Of a stretch of 64,000 nt of DNA, positions 28,949 through 37,900 are shown in pieces; position 1 is the first letter of the stretch; every line of letters begins with the position of its first letter. The notes under the pieces are model-generated. The model had not been told where the DNA came from. It saw only the letters and a list, made by a program, of their open reading frames with translations, and ran no database searches. A program made the position numbers and the translations under genes. Origin of the DNA: a virus; IMG/VR virus record IMGVR_UViG_3300021963_000069, positions 1 through 64,000 of that record. One strand, 5' to 3'.

Positions 28949-30112
28949 TTAACAATTCCATTTCCTCAAAGATAATGCTTTTCTTGTTGGGCGACCTTTT
29001 TCATCTTTCATAGGACCAGGCATTCCACCCATACGAGCACAGAAAGATTTTCTACGCTTTGCTGACTTTGATCCTGGTTTTAGTTTTGATGGTTTTGTTG
29101 TAACAGCTGTTTGTAATTTTGATCCAGGATTTTCTTTTCTATATGAAGCAACTCCTTTGGCATTAAGACCACCTTCGGGATTTTTGCCTTCTTTTCTTTG
29201 CCAAGCGGCAGATGCTTCGTTCATAAATTGTAAAAATGTTATGTTTCCTTCCTTTACACAACGATTATAAGTTTTTCCAAAAAGTTTTTGCGTTCCTTTC
29301 TTCTTATATCCAGGCCAACATTTTTTTGCCTCACTCACTTCCTCGCTATTATCAATATAATCTGCGGCAGTATCAATATAATCCGCCGCTTTGGTAATTT
29401 TTGATTGAACCCAAGCTTCGATATTGCCTTCACCTTTCATTTTTTTGCGAAGTCTTTTTGCCGCAGAAACTATTGTAGAAAGTTCTGATCTAGCCATGGA
29501 GTGCTCGTGATCTGGTTCTTTGGATTCATTTGCCGGATGAACTTGAGCGATACTATATTTTAGTTGATTTGATCCAAGTGCTGATGGCACAGAGAACATA
29601 TCCCAATACTTTGAACCATATCTACATTCACTACGAGTCTCATCTTTACCACATTTGGGACAATATCTAATCATTTGTGTCTCCTCTGTTTTAGTTCCCC
29701 AATTAGCGGCACCAACCTTGCGACATTTTACAAGTGCTCCTGAAGCATAAGCAGAAGGCCAAACATCATATCTTGATTTTACTTTGGAATAGCAAGCATC
29801 TTTTTTGCCACTACCTTTTCCCTTAATGTCCTTTTCTTCGTTCATTTTCTTTTTTGGTTTGTCGGTAGAAACATAAGTTGGTTTTGCGGCACCTGATTTT
29901 GATTGCTGGTTTTTATCTGCTTTCTTTTTTCTTCTTGCTGCCGATAATCTTTGTGCTTTAGTCATACTTTTTCTTTTGTTGGAGGAAACGCATTTGGGAA
30001 CGCCTTCTCCAGGTTCATCACTCGCACAAGTTCCACCGGTTACTACATTCACCCAACCAGGTTTTTTATCAACTGATTTTGATCCCTTAAACCATTTGCG
30101 AAGAGAACCCAT
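28949..30112 (-). CDS. Modular basic protein made of several short conserved cyanophage modules (C-terminus DUF6321-like)
   Basis: SLRKWF; CYSKVKSRY.VWPSAYASG; EAWVQSKITKA.DY; CWPGY..K; AWQRKEGKNPEGGLN...RRKSFCARM...RKWNC. Confidence 0.6.
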   Translation of the reverse strand: MGSLRKWFKGSKSVDKKPGWVNVVTGGTCASDEPGEGVPKCVSSNKRKSMTKAQRLSAARRKKKADKNQQSKSGAAKPTYVSTDKPKKKMNEEKDIKGKGSGKKDACYSKVKSRYDVWPSAYASGALVKCRKVGAANWGTKTEETQMIRYCPKCGKDETRSECRYGSKYWDMFSVPSALGSNQLKYSIAQVHPANESKEPDHEHSMARSELSTIVSAAKRLRKKMKGEGNIEAWVQSKITKAADYIDTAADYIDNSEEVSEAKKCWPGYKKKGTQKLFGKTYNRCVKEGNITFLQFMNEASAAWQRKEGKNPEGGLNAKGVASYRKENPGSKLQTAVTTKPSKLKPGSKSAKRRKSFCARMGGMPGPMKDEKGRPTRKALSLRKWNC

Positions 30113-30126
30113 TTACCAAATATGAT

Positions 30127-30558
30127 TTATTCTTTATTATTTAGAAACCCTTGCTTTAATAGTTTTGACAATTCTGTAGTTGATCCAATAAAAACAGCAT
30201 TATTAGTTACATTTGTAGTTTTGGATACATCCTCCTCAACTTCCTTAACTTTTTTCTGTAGATCTATTAATTTGTCCGCAACATCTCCTACACTCTTAAT
30301 TAACTGACCGGCAACTTCATATGCTCTTGGAGAACCACCTTCACTCGCAAGTTCCATTATTCCATTTATTGCCTCCTGACCCTTCTCTATCAAAGAATAT
30401 AAATTTGCCCTGGAGTATTCATAATCTTTGATAATATCATCAGATCTGGATGAAGACATATCAATTGGAATATCAATTGATGTAGAAGACTTTTCTACCT
30501 CAACGATACTACTCTCGATATTCAGAGCCTTATCCAAATCTTCATAGTTATTTTTCAT
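30127..30558 (-). CDS. g16: Terminase small subunit
   Basis: DYEYSRANLY.LIEKG, PRAYEVAGQLIK and FIGSTTEL. Confidence 0.93.
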   Translation of the reverse strand: MKNNYEDLDKALNIESSIVEVEKSSTSIDIPIDMSSSRSDDIIKDYEYSRANLYSLIEKGQEAINGIMELASEGGSPRAYEVAGQLIKSVGDVADKLIDLQKKVKEVEEDVSKTTNVTNNAVFIGSTTELSKLLKQGFLNNKE

Positions 30559-30564
30559 AATCTA

Positions 30565-31365
30565 TCAAATATCCGTTTGTTGAGTTGGGCTATATGTTTT
30601 ACTGTCAAAAAACATTTCTACCGACTCGTTGAATCCAAAATCATCATCAGGTCCGGCATCAATTGGATCTGGAGTGACAGTATATCTCATCTCTCTCTTT
30701 GCGACTTTTGGATCAGTTCCAGTATAATAATCCACCTGAACCTTACGAATGAGTCCATCTGTACTGTCTGCGACAGGACCAAACAGATATGTTTTTGCTG
30801 TAAAATTTAGTGTATATATTAGAGTTCTTCGGGTGGAATAATCTCCTTCATAATCATCCGTAAAGGAAACGCTGTCTAAAACTATTGGAATATCTCGTTT
30901 TTCTCCTATAGAATCCACCAAATCAACGGTCAAATTAAAAGATGGTTGAAAATTGGGAAGAATCTGCTCCACAACTTGTAGGGCATCATCTTGTAATTTA
31001 GTCATAATATTCAACTGAAATCCAATATTATAAGGAACCGGCATATAAACTTTCTTTATAGTATCACCATTTCCGCAAGTCTTAAATGTCTGTATTATAC
31101 TTGCTTTTCTTGTTGAGTCATACTGAATAGATGTCATCTCAAATGACATTCTTGGTAAAGTAATTTGAATTGGTTTATTTAATTCTGCCTGTTGCTCAAT
31201 TCTGGAAAGAAACTTTTGCATAGGTCCATATCCAAGAGGAACCTTCATCTGACTGATTGCTACATCAGATGAATTTTTATGTTCTATGTAAATGTCATTA
31301 AAAAGCGTTCCAAACGCAGTAACCGTCTTTCTTATAATTTGATGGTAGAAGTAGGTTCCTAGCGT
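30565..31365 (-). CDS. g15: Tail sheath stabiliser/completion protein; apparent ACG start
   Basis: The frame extends upstream of the ORF-track start as (T)LGTYFYHQIIRKTVTAFGTLFNDI, the typical gp15 N-terminus. Also contains VPLGYGP and LPRMSFE. Confidence 0.9.
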   Translation of the reverse strand, partial: TLGTYFYHQIIRKTVTAFGTLFNDIYIEHKNSSDVAISQMKVPLGYGPMQKFLSRIEQQAELNKPIQITLPRMSFEMTSIQYDSTRKASIIQTFKTCGNGDTIKKVYMPVPYNIGFQLNIMTKLQDDALQVVEQILPNFQPSFNLTVDLVDSIGEKRDIPIVLDSVSFTDDYEGDYSTRRTLIYTLNFTAKTYLFGPVADSTDGLIRKVQVDYYTGTDPKVAKREMRYTVTPDPIDAGPDDDFGFNESVEMFFDSKTYSPTQQTDI

Positions 31366-31414
31366 TTTCCTGTACCCGTTTATTCAATTATTAACACATT
31401 ATATATTTATAGTA

Positions 31415-32800
31415 TCAATATGTACCAAATGGATTAGATTCTGAAAAATCCAATATCAAATCAGATTCGGTTTGTACTTGTAAATTATCACCATAAGTAT
31501 CATATGGATTCCAATTACTGTAAGACTCTGTGGAGTACTGGGAGTTAGATATTGATCCCACAATTGTCTCTCCTGGGAAAAATCCTTTTGATGCGACATT
31601 ACTTACAATTGAAACTTTAAGAATCTTTGTATCCAGATCCCAAGACTTAACTCTTGCTGTTGTTCTGGATCTGGAACCGGTTACAATTTCATTAAATACA
31701 TAATTTCCTGTTCCGGTTAAAATTGGTGGTGGATCTATAATAATTTGTGGAGAAATTGTATATCCAACTCCTGGGTTTGTTATTTTTATAGATTTAACAT
31801 TTTGTGCCGATCCAATTCCGGATTCGGCAGTTGCTGTTTCTCCCGCTCCGACATTTCCAATAATTCTTACTCTTGGAGAAGTTGAATATCCTACACCACC
31901 ATCTGTAATATTAATTGATACAATACCGAAATTATTTTTTTCTATAGTACAGGTCGCTGCAGCACCTACTCCATTTCCACTTATAGTAATAATGGGAGGT
32001 ACGGTATATCCGGCTCCGGCATTAGTTAAAGAGATATTTTTAATAGAATAAAATCCAGATTTAAATACTGTGACTACTTCAGCAGTCGCTCTAACCCCTC
32101 CAGAAGGCGCTGTACCGATAGATACTGTGGGTGGAGAGGTATAACCATGCCCGTCGTTGTTTAGAACCACTCTCCTGACATATCCGGATCCGATTCCAGC
32201 GGATGCCGTCGCAATTCTTCCAACTCCTATAAGGTTTAGAGTGGTTATATATCCTTCATCTTTTATTGTATTATCAACTTCTTTAATAGTCGTGTCAATA
32301 ACTTCATCTTCATACTCAAATAATTCACATTTAAGTTCATAGACATATAATTTACCCAATTGATAAAAAGGTTGTTCGTGCTCTACGAACTTTACCTCAA
32401 ACAAACGCTTTCCCAAAGGAAAATATACAATATCTCCTTCTCTTGGTCTCGAAGATAAAACTATTTCTTCATCATTAGATTCTAAAAACGGAGCAATAAA
32501 GTCTTCATATCTTTCTTTTGATATAACTAAACTTAATTCATCCTTTAAACTTACACCAAATTTTGTTAAAATATCTCCCTGGCCACTATAACCATCAAAA
32601 TTATTTAAATATGCTTCTATTAAAAAATTATCATTAAATTTTGAAGACGAAACCTCTTTAAGAATAGTTTCTCTTCTTACGAATTTTCGGGGAATATAAA
32701 TTACTTCCACACCAAAAATTTTTAATTGTTCGTTAATCAGTTCTTGTATTAATCTTTGTTCGTTCGCAGAACCTTGAAGAAAAAAGGGATTTAGTGCCAT
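31415..32800 (-). CDS. g14: Neck protein
   Basis: RPREGD.VYFP, VEHEQPFYQLGK and DFSESNPFG. Has internal G.GY..P repeats. Confidence 0.93.
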   Translation of the reverse strand: MALNPFFLQGSANEQRLIQELINEQLKIFGVEVIYIPRKFVRRETILKEVSSSKFNDNFLIEAYLNNFDGYSGQGDILTKFGVSLKDELSLVISKERYEDFIAPFLESNDEEIVLSSRPREGDIVYFPLGKRLFEVKFVEHEQPFYQLGKLYVYELKCELFEYEDEVIDTTIKEVDNTIKDEGYITTLNLIGVGRIATASAGIGSGYVRRVVLNNDGHGYTSPPTVSIGTAPSGGVRATAEVVTVFKSGFYSIKNISLTNAGAGYTVPPIITISGNGVGAAATCTIEKNNFGIVSINITDGGVGYSTSPRVRIIGNVGAGETATAESGIGSAQNVKSIKITNPGVGYTISPQIIIDPPPILTGTGNYVFNEIVTGSRSRTTARVKSWDLDTKILKVSIVSNVASKGFFPGETIVGSISNSQYSTESYSNWNPYDTYGDNLQVQTESDLILDFSESNPFGTY

Positions 32801-32802
32801 TT

Positions 32803-33648
32803 TTATCCAATAAAGTCATAAGGTGGAAGTTCATATTCTGTTGCCATTCTCTGTCTAAGACTTTCTAATTCCTTTTCTGCGTCTTCATAAAGTTCTCTTC
32901 CATTCAATTCAATACCGCCGGGAAGTTTTACTCCTCTAAACTTAATTAAATTTTGCCCCCACTGCCTTTTAATCAAAGAGGTTAAATATATTTTTAGAAA
33001 ACTATCATTATAAACATCCGTGAAGGTATTTGGGTCTAATATTCTGTAACAATCAATTACAATATAGGTTCCAACTTGTTGTGATCCCCAATCAATATCC
33101 AAATACATTCTATTCTGTCTTTTATTAAATCTTATTTGCTTGTCGGTACTTAATAAGAAATCAATATCCTCCAAGTATGTTTTTGTCATAGAATATTGTA
33201 ACAAATCAACAGAATTGAAATAATATAAATCATTCAAAAATAATTGATACTTGATACTAAACATTCCTCTTGAAATTGAACTCGTATCAAATTTAAAGAC
33301 CTTTTCTATTCCAATTACAGAATCTGGAATTTGAATAAAATTAGATGTCTCGTAAAATTTTGATGTAACCGTACCTAGACCTGCAATATTTCCGGATGAT
33401 GCCGTTGTCTCAACTATTCCTGTTCCATTTGTATTTTTTGCTGCTCCTCTATCAATATCTTCTTGAGAAAATTGATGCTTAAGATACATTCTCTCTACCC
33501 CATCAAAATGTCGTTCTTGAAAATATTGTAGAGCATCATCAACCAAATCGTCGATTTGATCGTCTGCAACATTAATTTCAAGAACTGGAGCACCCAGTCT
33601 TCTTAAACAGTAATCTATGAGTTCTTGTCTACTTGCAGGTTTTGACAT
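32803..33648 (-). CDS. g13: Neck protein
   Basis: CLRRLGAPVLEINV and QWGQNL.KF.G.KLPGG..LNG. Confidence 0.95.
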   Translation of the reverse strand: MSKPASRQELIDYCLRRLGAPVLEINVADDQIDDLVDDALQYFQERHFDGVERMYLKHQFSQEDIDRGAAKNTNGTGIVETTASSGNIAGLGTVTSKFYETSNFIQIPDSVIGIEKVFKFDTSSISRGMFSIKYQLFLNDLYYFNSVDLLQYSMTKTYLEDIDFLLSTDKQIRFNKRQNRMYLDIDWGSQQVGTYIVIDCYRILDPNTFTDVYNDSFLKIYLTSLIKRQWGQNLIKFRGVKLPGGIELNGRELYEDAEKELESLRQRMATEYELPPYDFIG

Positions 33649-33869
33649 CAGTAAGTTCCCCCATCTATAGCGTTCGATCCGCTTACATAAAGATTTCCGC
33701 TTATATAAACGTCACCAACAAATGTGCTGATTCCGGTTACAGTAAGCGAAGTTACTGATGCAATTCCTCCAATTACATTTCTAGATGCTTGTGAATATAT
33801 CGCAGCAGATCCAGCAGATCCATTAGATAGACCGGAGATTACTCTTATTCCTGAGATATCTTGTGACAT
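33648..33869 (-). CDS. Short fibre-repeat-like protein (possible remnant)
   Basis: NVIGGIASVTSL.V.GISTF.GDV motif typical of cyanophage fibres. Ends IDGGTY. Confidence 0.5.
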   Translation of the reverse strand: MSQDISGIRVISGLSNGSAGSAAIYSQASRNVIGGIASVTSLTVTGISTFVGDVYISGNLYVSGSNAIDGGTY

Positions 33870-34210
33870 TATCGAGTAACTCCCTGTTTAACTGAAGCAA
33901 TTCCTTCAAATAGTCTTGTTGAGACCCCAAGAGAACTAATCATTTCGACATTATAGACATACCTTCCTGGAGTTAATAATATAGTTTCTTCTGGTGTTAA
34001 ACTAATCATTATCATTCCTGCAGATGGGTCTAAAATTTCTGTTTGTAAATCTATATAAGTAGAACTACCATTCCATTGTTTAATTTGTGATATAACATTA
34101 TATTCACTTAAATTAAAACTGGAATTAGTAATCGGATCACTTACAAAAAATGTACGATTAAAGTTGCAACCAGTATCAATAGTTAAATTAATTGCATATA
34201 GTTCTGGCAT
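33869..34210 (-). CDS. Small virion structural protein (paralogue of the next gene)
   Basis: NL.ID.G..F...F, G.I.ISLT..ET..L.PGRYVY.V and EG. Confidence 0.65.
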   Translation of the reverse strand: MPELYAINLTIDTGCNFNRTFFVSDPITNSSFNLSEYNVISQIKQWNGSSTYIDLQTEILDPSAGMIMISLTPEETILLTPGRYVYNVEMISSLGVSTRLFEGIASVKQGVTR

Positions 34211-34267
34211 TCATCTAATATTCTTTACTTATTATTTATATTCACCAAATTTACTCAAACTAAAACC

Positions 34268-34573
34268 TCATCTAACTAACACCATCCCTTCAATTATTTT
34301 ATTGGTAAAATTAAAAGGAGTAGTAATAATTGCGTCATAAACATATCTTCCTTGTTTTAATAATTTAGTTTGTTGATGCGACAGTGCCAATTTTATTGAT
34401 CCTTGACTTGGGTTGATGATTTGAGATTCAAATTGTGTGTAATTTGAGCTTCCATCCCATTTTCTCAATTGTGCCAATAAAGTACACGCAGTCAAATCAA
34501 CATTTTCCAAAAAAAACGTTTCACTAAAATCTGAGCCGGCATTTATTACTAAGTTGATTACATATACTGCCAT
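34268..34573 (-). CDS. Small virion structural protein (paralogue of the previous gene)
   Basis: NLVINAGSDFS, QLRKWDGSS, GRYVYD and IIEG. TATAAATA at 34594-34601. Confidence 0.65.
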   Translation of the reverse strand: MAVYVINLVINAGSDFSETFFLENVDLTACTLLAQLRKWDGSSNYTQFESQIINPSQGSIKLALSHQQTKLLKQGRYVYDAIITTPFNFTNKIIEGMVLVR

Positions 34574-34596
34574 TTACTTACTTAGTTTACAAGTAT

Positions 34597-34767
34597 TTAT
34601 AGATCAGTAAGAGTACTCAAAACTTCCTGTTGCTTCAAATATAATTTACAATAAAGTTTAGAAAAAGATCTCAATTCCTCCTCATTTAAAGTGTCAATTA
34701 CCCGTGCATGTTTTTCATACTCGAATAATTTACTAATAGATTCTAATTCAATTTCATCTGGGTTCAT
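34597..34767 (-). CDS. nblA: NblA-like phycobilisome degradation adaptor, 56 aa
   Basis: Hand translation: MNPDEIELESISKLFEYEKHARVIDTLNEEELRSFSKLYCKLYLKQQEVLSTLTDL. Size and two-helix pattern match NblA. Confidence 0.55.
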   Translation of the reverse strand: MNPDEIELESISKLFEYEKHARVIDTLNEEELRSFSKLYCKLYLKQQEVLSTLTDL

Positions 34768-34954
34768 TTATTAGTTCTCTCAATAGTGTTTTAATTTCAT
34801 TAATATCTTCTTTAATTTGATCCAGTTCTTTTCTTTGAGATTCTCTATTGTGAATTGTATTTAGATATTGATTATAAGATACAGAATCACAATTCACAAT
34901 TGCTCCACTATTTTCATCTCTATAAAGATTTTGATGCCCCTTTACTCTAATCAT
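34754..34954 (-). CDS. Conserved small phage protein
   Basis: VKGH.NLYRD..SGAIVN.D...Y..Y followed by a coiled-coil end. Confidence 0.7.
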   Translation of the reverse strand: MIRVKGHQNLYRDENSGAIVNCDSVSYNQYLNTIHNRESQRKELDQIKEDINEIKTLLRELINEPR

Positions 34955-37900
34955 CTTACCGCAATTGTTCTGAGTTCTTTAATTCTTGGTGGATATGCCT
35001 GATTGGTTCCGGACATTACGATTTTAATTACATATCCATTAAATAATCCAAGATTATCTGCGGTAAATTCATATTCTTTAAATTGATTTTCTAAACTAGA
35101 ACTTACAAAAGTATCCGATCTTCCACTATTTTTGGAGGGATTAACGACAGAATATCCTGCTGAAGTAGTGTATGATAAGTTATCATAACCAGGAAATAGT
35201 TCAAATGATTGATCGATTTCGCTCGAATCCGGTCTAAACAAACTATAAAGAACTCTAAAATCAGCAGATTCGTGGCGATATGCCGACAAGATTACTTTTA
35301 GTGATGTTGCGGGTTGAACTAGATTTACTGCTCTTGAAACATATGATGCAGAATGTGGATCATCTAGTATTGAATTGACTCTTCCATCTAATGTGTAATC
35401 AGAAATTGGACTATCCAAACGACTAGAAATAAACTCGGTAAATGCCGTATCTAAGAATAATATTGGAGATAAATTAGAATCTGTCGTATTAAAGGTGATT
35501 CCGGTCGTGAATGATTTATTTCTTGGTAGAGCATCAAGATATTCCATTTCATTTTCTTTGGAACATACAAGTCTTACTGATCTTAATGTATTTAATGAGT
35601 TTAATTGAATTGGCTCGTATCCATTATCTAGGAATGAGGTCTCATTTCCACTTATACTTGTTCCAGTAACCGATCTAATTACTGCCGAAGTTGATGTAGA
35701 AGATCCGGGAGTATTAAGATCATATGTGGGAACTATTGAACTATATAAAATATTCTCGGTGGCGAGAACCTTTGAACCTCCTAATTTTGACTCGGAAGCG
35801 AATGATAATTGTGGTGCTCCAGCAATGGGTCCATCAGTATTGCTAGTACCTCTATCAGTTCCGTTTGCTGCTCTATTAACTTTAAGATAATATCCATCTA
35901 TTCCAATATTTAAATCATCAATATCATGTGTTGTATTAATTCTTCGTAAAGAAACTCCATTTAACTCATACTTATATAATAGGGCATCTTTCTCATGAGT
36001 GATTGAAATTGTAGAATCGATACCTCTAACAATAGTTCCTAGTGATCCACTACCAACGGACCCATAACTAATAATCTCATTTCCAATCTTCACATATCCT
36101 GGATATGTTGGAGTTACAGTAATTCCTTCAAAAGTACCAAAGTTTGATGTGTTTCCAATTGAAATTGATGTAGATGTTGAAGGTAAAGAAGAAGTAATCG
36201 GAACTGGTGCATTGCTCGAAATAACATCACTTATTCTAAGTTTATTCGTGTTTCCATACATTTGATGATCAAAATGTTCGACTCTAACATAATTTCCTGA
36301 ATATTCATTTGTTGAATCCGAACGAGTTAGAACATTAATTCCAGTCACAGGAACTATTGTATTCGAATTATTATAATAACTTAATTCATAATCAGTTGTT
36401 GTACCTGTGGCAAATACTCCCTGAACGCCTTCCAAGTATAAAGTATTGATACTATTACCATCTCCGGTAATAGTAATTCTTGCATCACGCCCGCGTACTG
36501 AAGTTCCAGTTCCTACCGTAGAAGTTACAATACCAACAACATCTCCTTTTTTATAACCATTTCCCCTATTTACAATTACCGGTGTACCAGTAATTGTTCC
36601 ATTAGTGGCAGTAACATCTAATACGAGTCCAGAACCATTTCCAATAATATTATAAGTTTCTACATAAGAATCAGTAACGTAATTGCTACCACCTGTGGTT
36701 AGTCCCACACTTGATACTGAACTTCCGGTTCCAACAACATATCCATAAACATAAGTCTTAGATTTATCAACAATTTTTCTACCCACACTTAAATCAGCAA
36801 TTAATGCTGTGTCTGCTGTTGTGGTAATTCCTAGAGTTGTTCTTTTTGGTAGAGTTGTTAGTGGATTTTCAGATAGTCTCTGTACATAACCATTACTTTC
36901 ATCTAATGTTGGATTATTAAAAAATACAGTTCCCGTGGTTGAAGTAAATTTAGCCTTATAAAGTTTAAACTTAAGATCCTGATATTGGTTTGCGGTCCAT
37001 ATGGATCCATTTTGTGATTTAAACAGACTTCCCATCGAAAATTGCTTGGAATATGTAACTGCATCTACATCTGGAAGTGATTTTGTATTTACGGTTTTTT
37101 CGCCCATAACCGCAGTCCACATTTCATACTGATCGCTATTTTCTGAAATAATTACAACTGCATATTCTCTTCCGGGTGGAAGATAAATTGGTTCTTCAAA
37201 TGTAACCTTAGTAGCAACAGAAGCATCGGTTGAAGTATTAACTTGATTGGGTCTTAACGTAACAGGAAATCCAATTACAGTTCTTGTGGGAGTTCCCAGT
37301 TCAACAGTTCTAATTTCAACTTTTACTGGAGCATTTCCTGGGTCTTTTTTAGCAAAAAATAAATCAACAGCAGTTAAAAATGCACCATTTACATCATCAT
37401 TTGATGATGTGGGTGAAGGAGCCTCTACATTTCCACCAACAACAAATGATTGTGCGAGAGGATCAACAAATCTTTGAACTGTTGTTCTTGTATGAGTGTT
37501 TATCGTTGTCTGAGAAGTTGTGGTATTTGTTGTAAGATTTGTAACTGTTTTTGTTGTTAGATTGGATGTTGTTGCGGTTACGGTATTTTCCCACTGTTCT
37601 AATGTTCCATCTGAATTATAATTTGTTTCGGTAGATGAATTGTCCGTACTTCCAGGAAGACCAGGATTATTTGTGGAACTTGAAGTCAATTTAAATGTTT
37701 TAGTTCCTGTGGCAATTCTTACAGTTGGAGGTGGAATTGTATTTGGATCTCTCAGATAAAATGCTCCAATTAAATCTCCAAAATTATCGGAAATTAATCT
37801 TAAATCACTTACATATGCCACAGCACCGCTAGACTGTCCAACTAATTGCATACCCTTAAGCAAATAACCGGAATATTTTCCTTGTGCTTCTTCCGACAGA

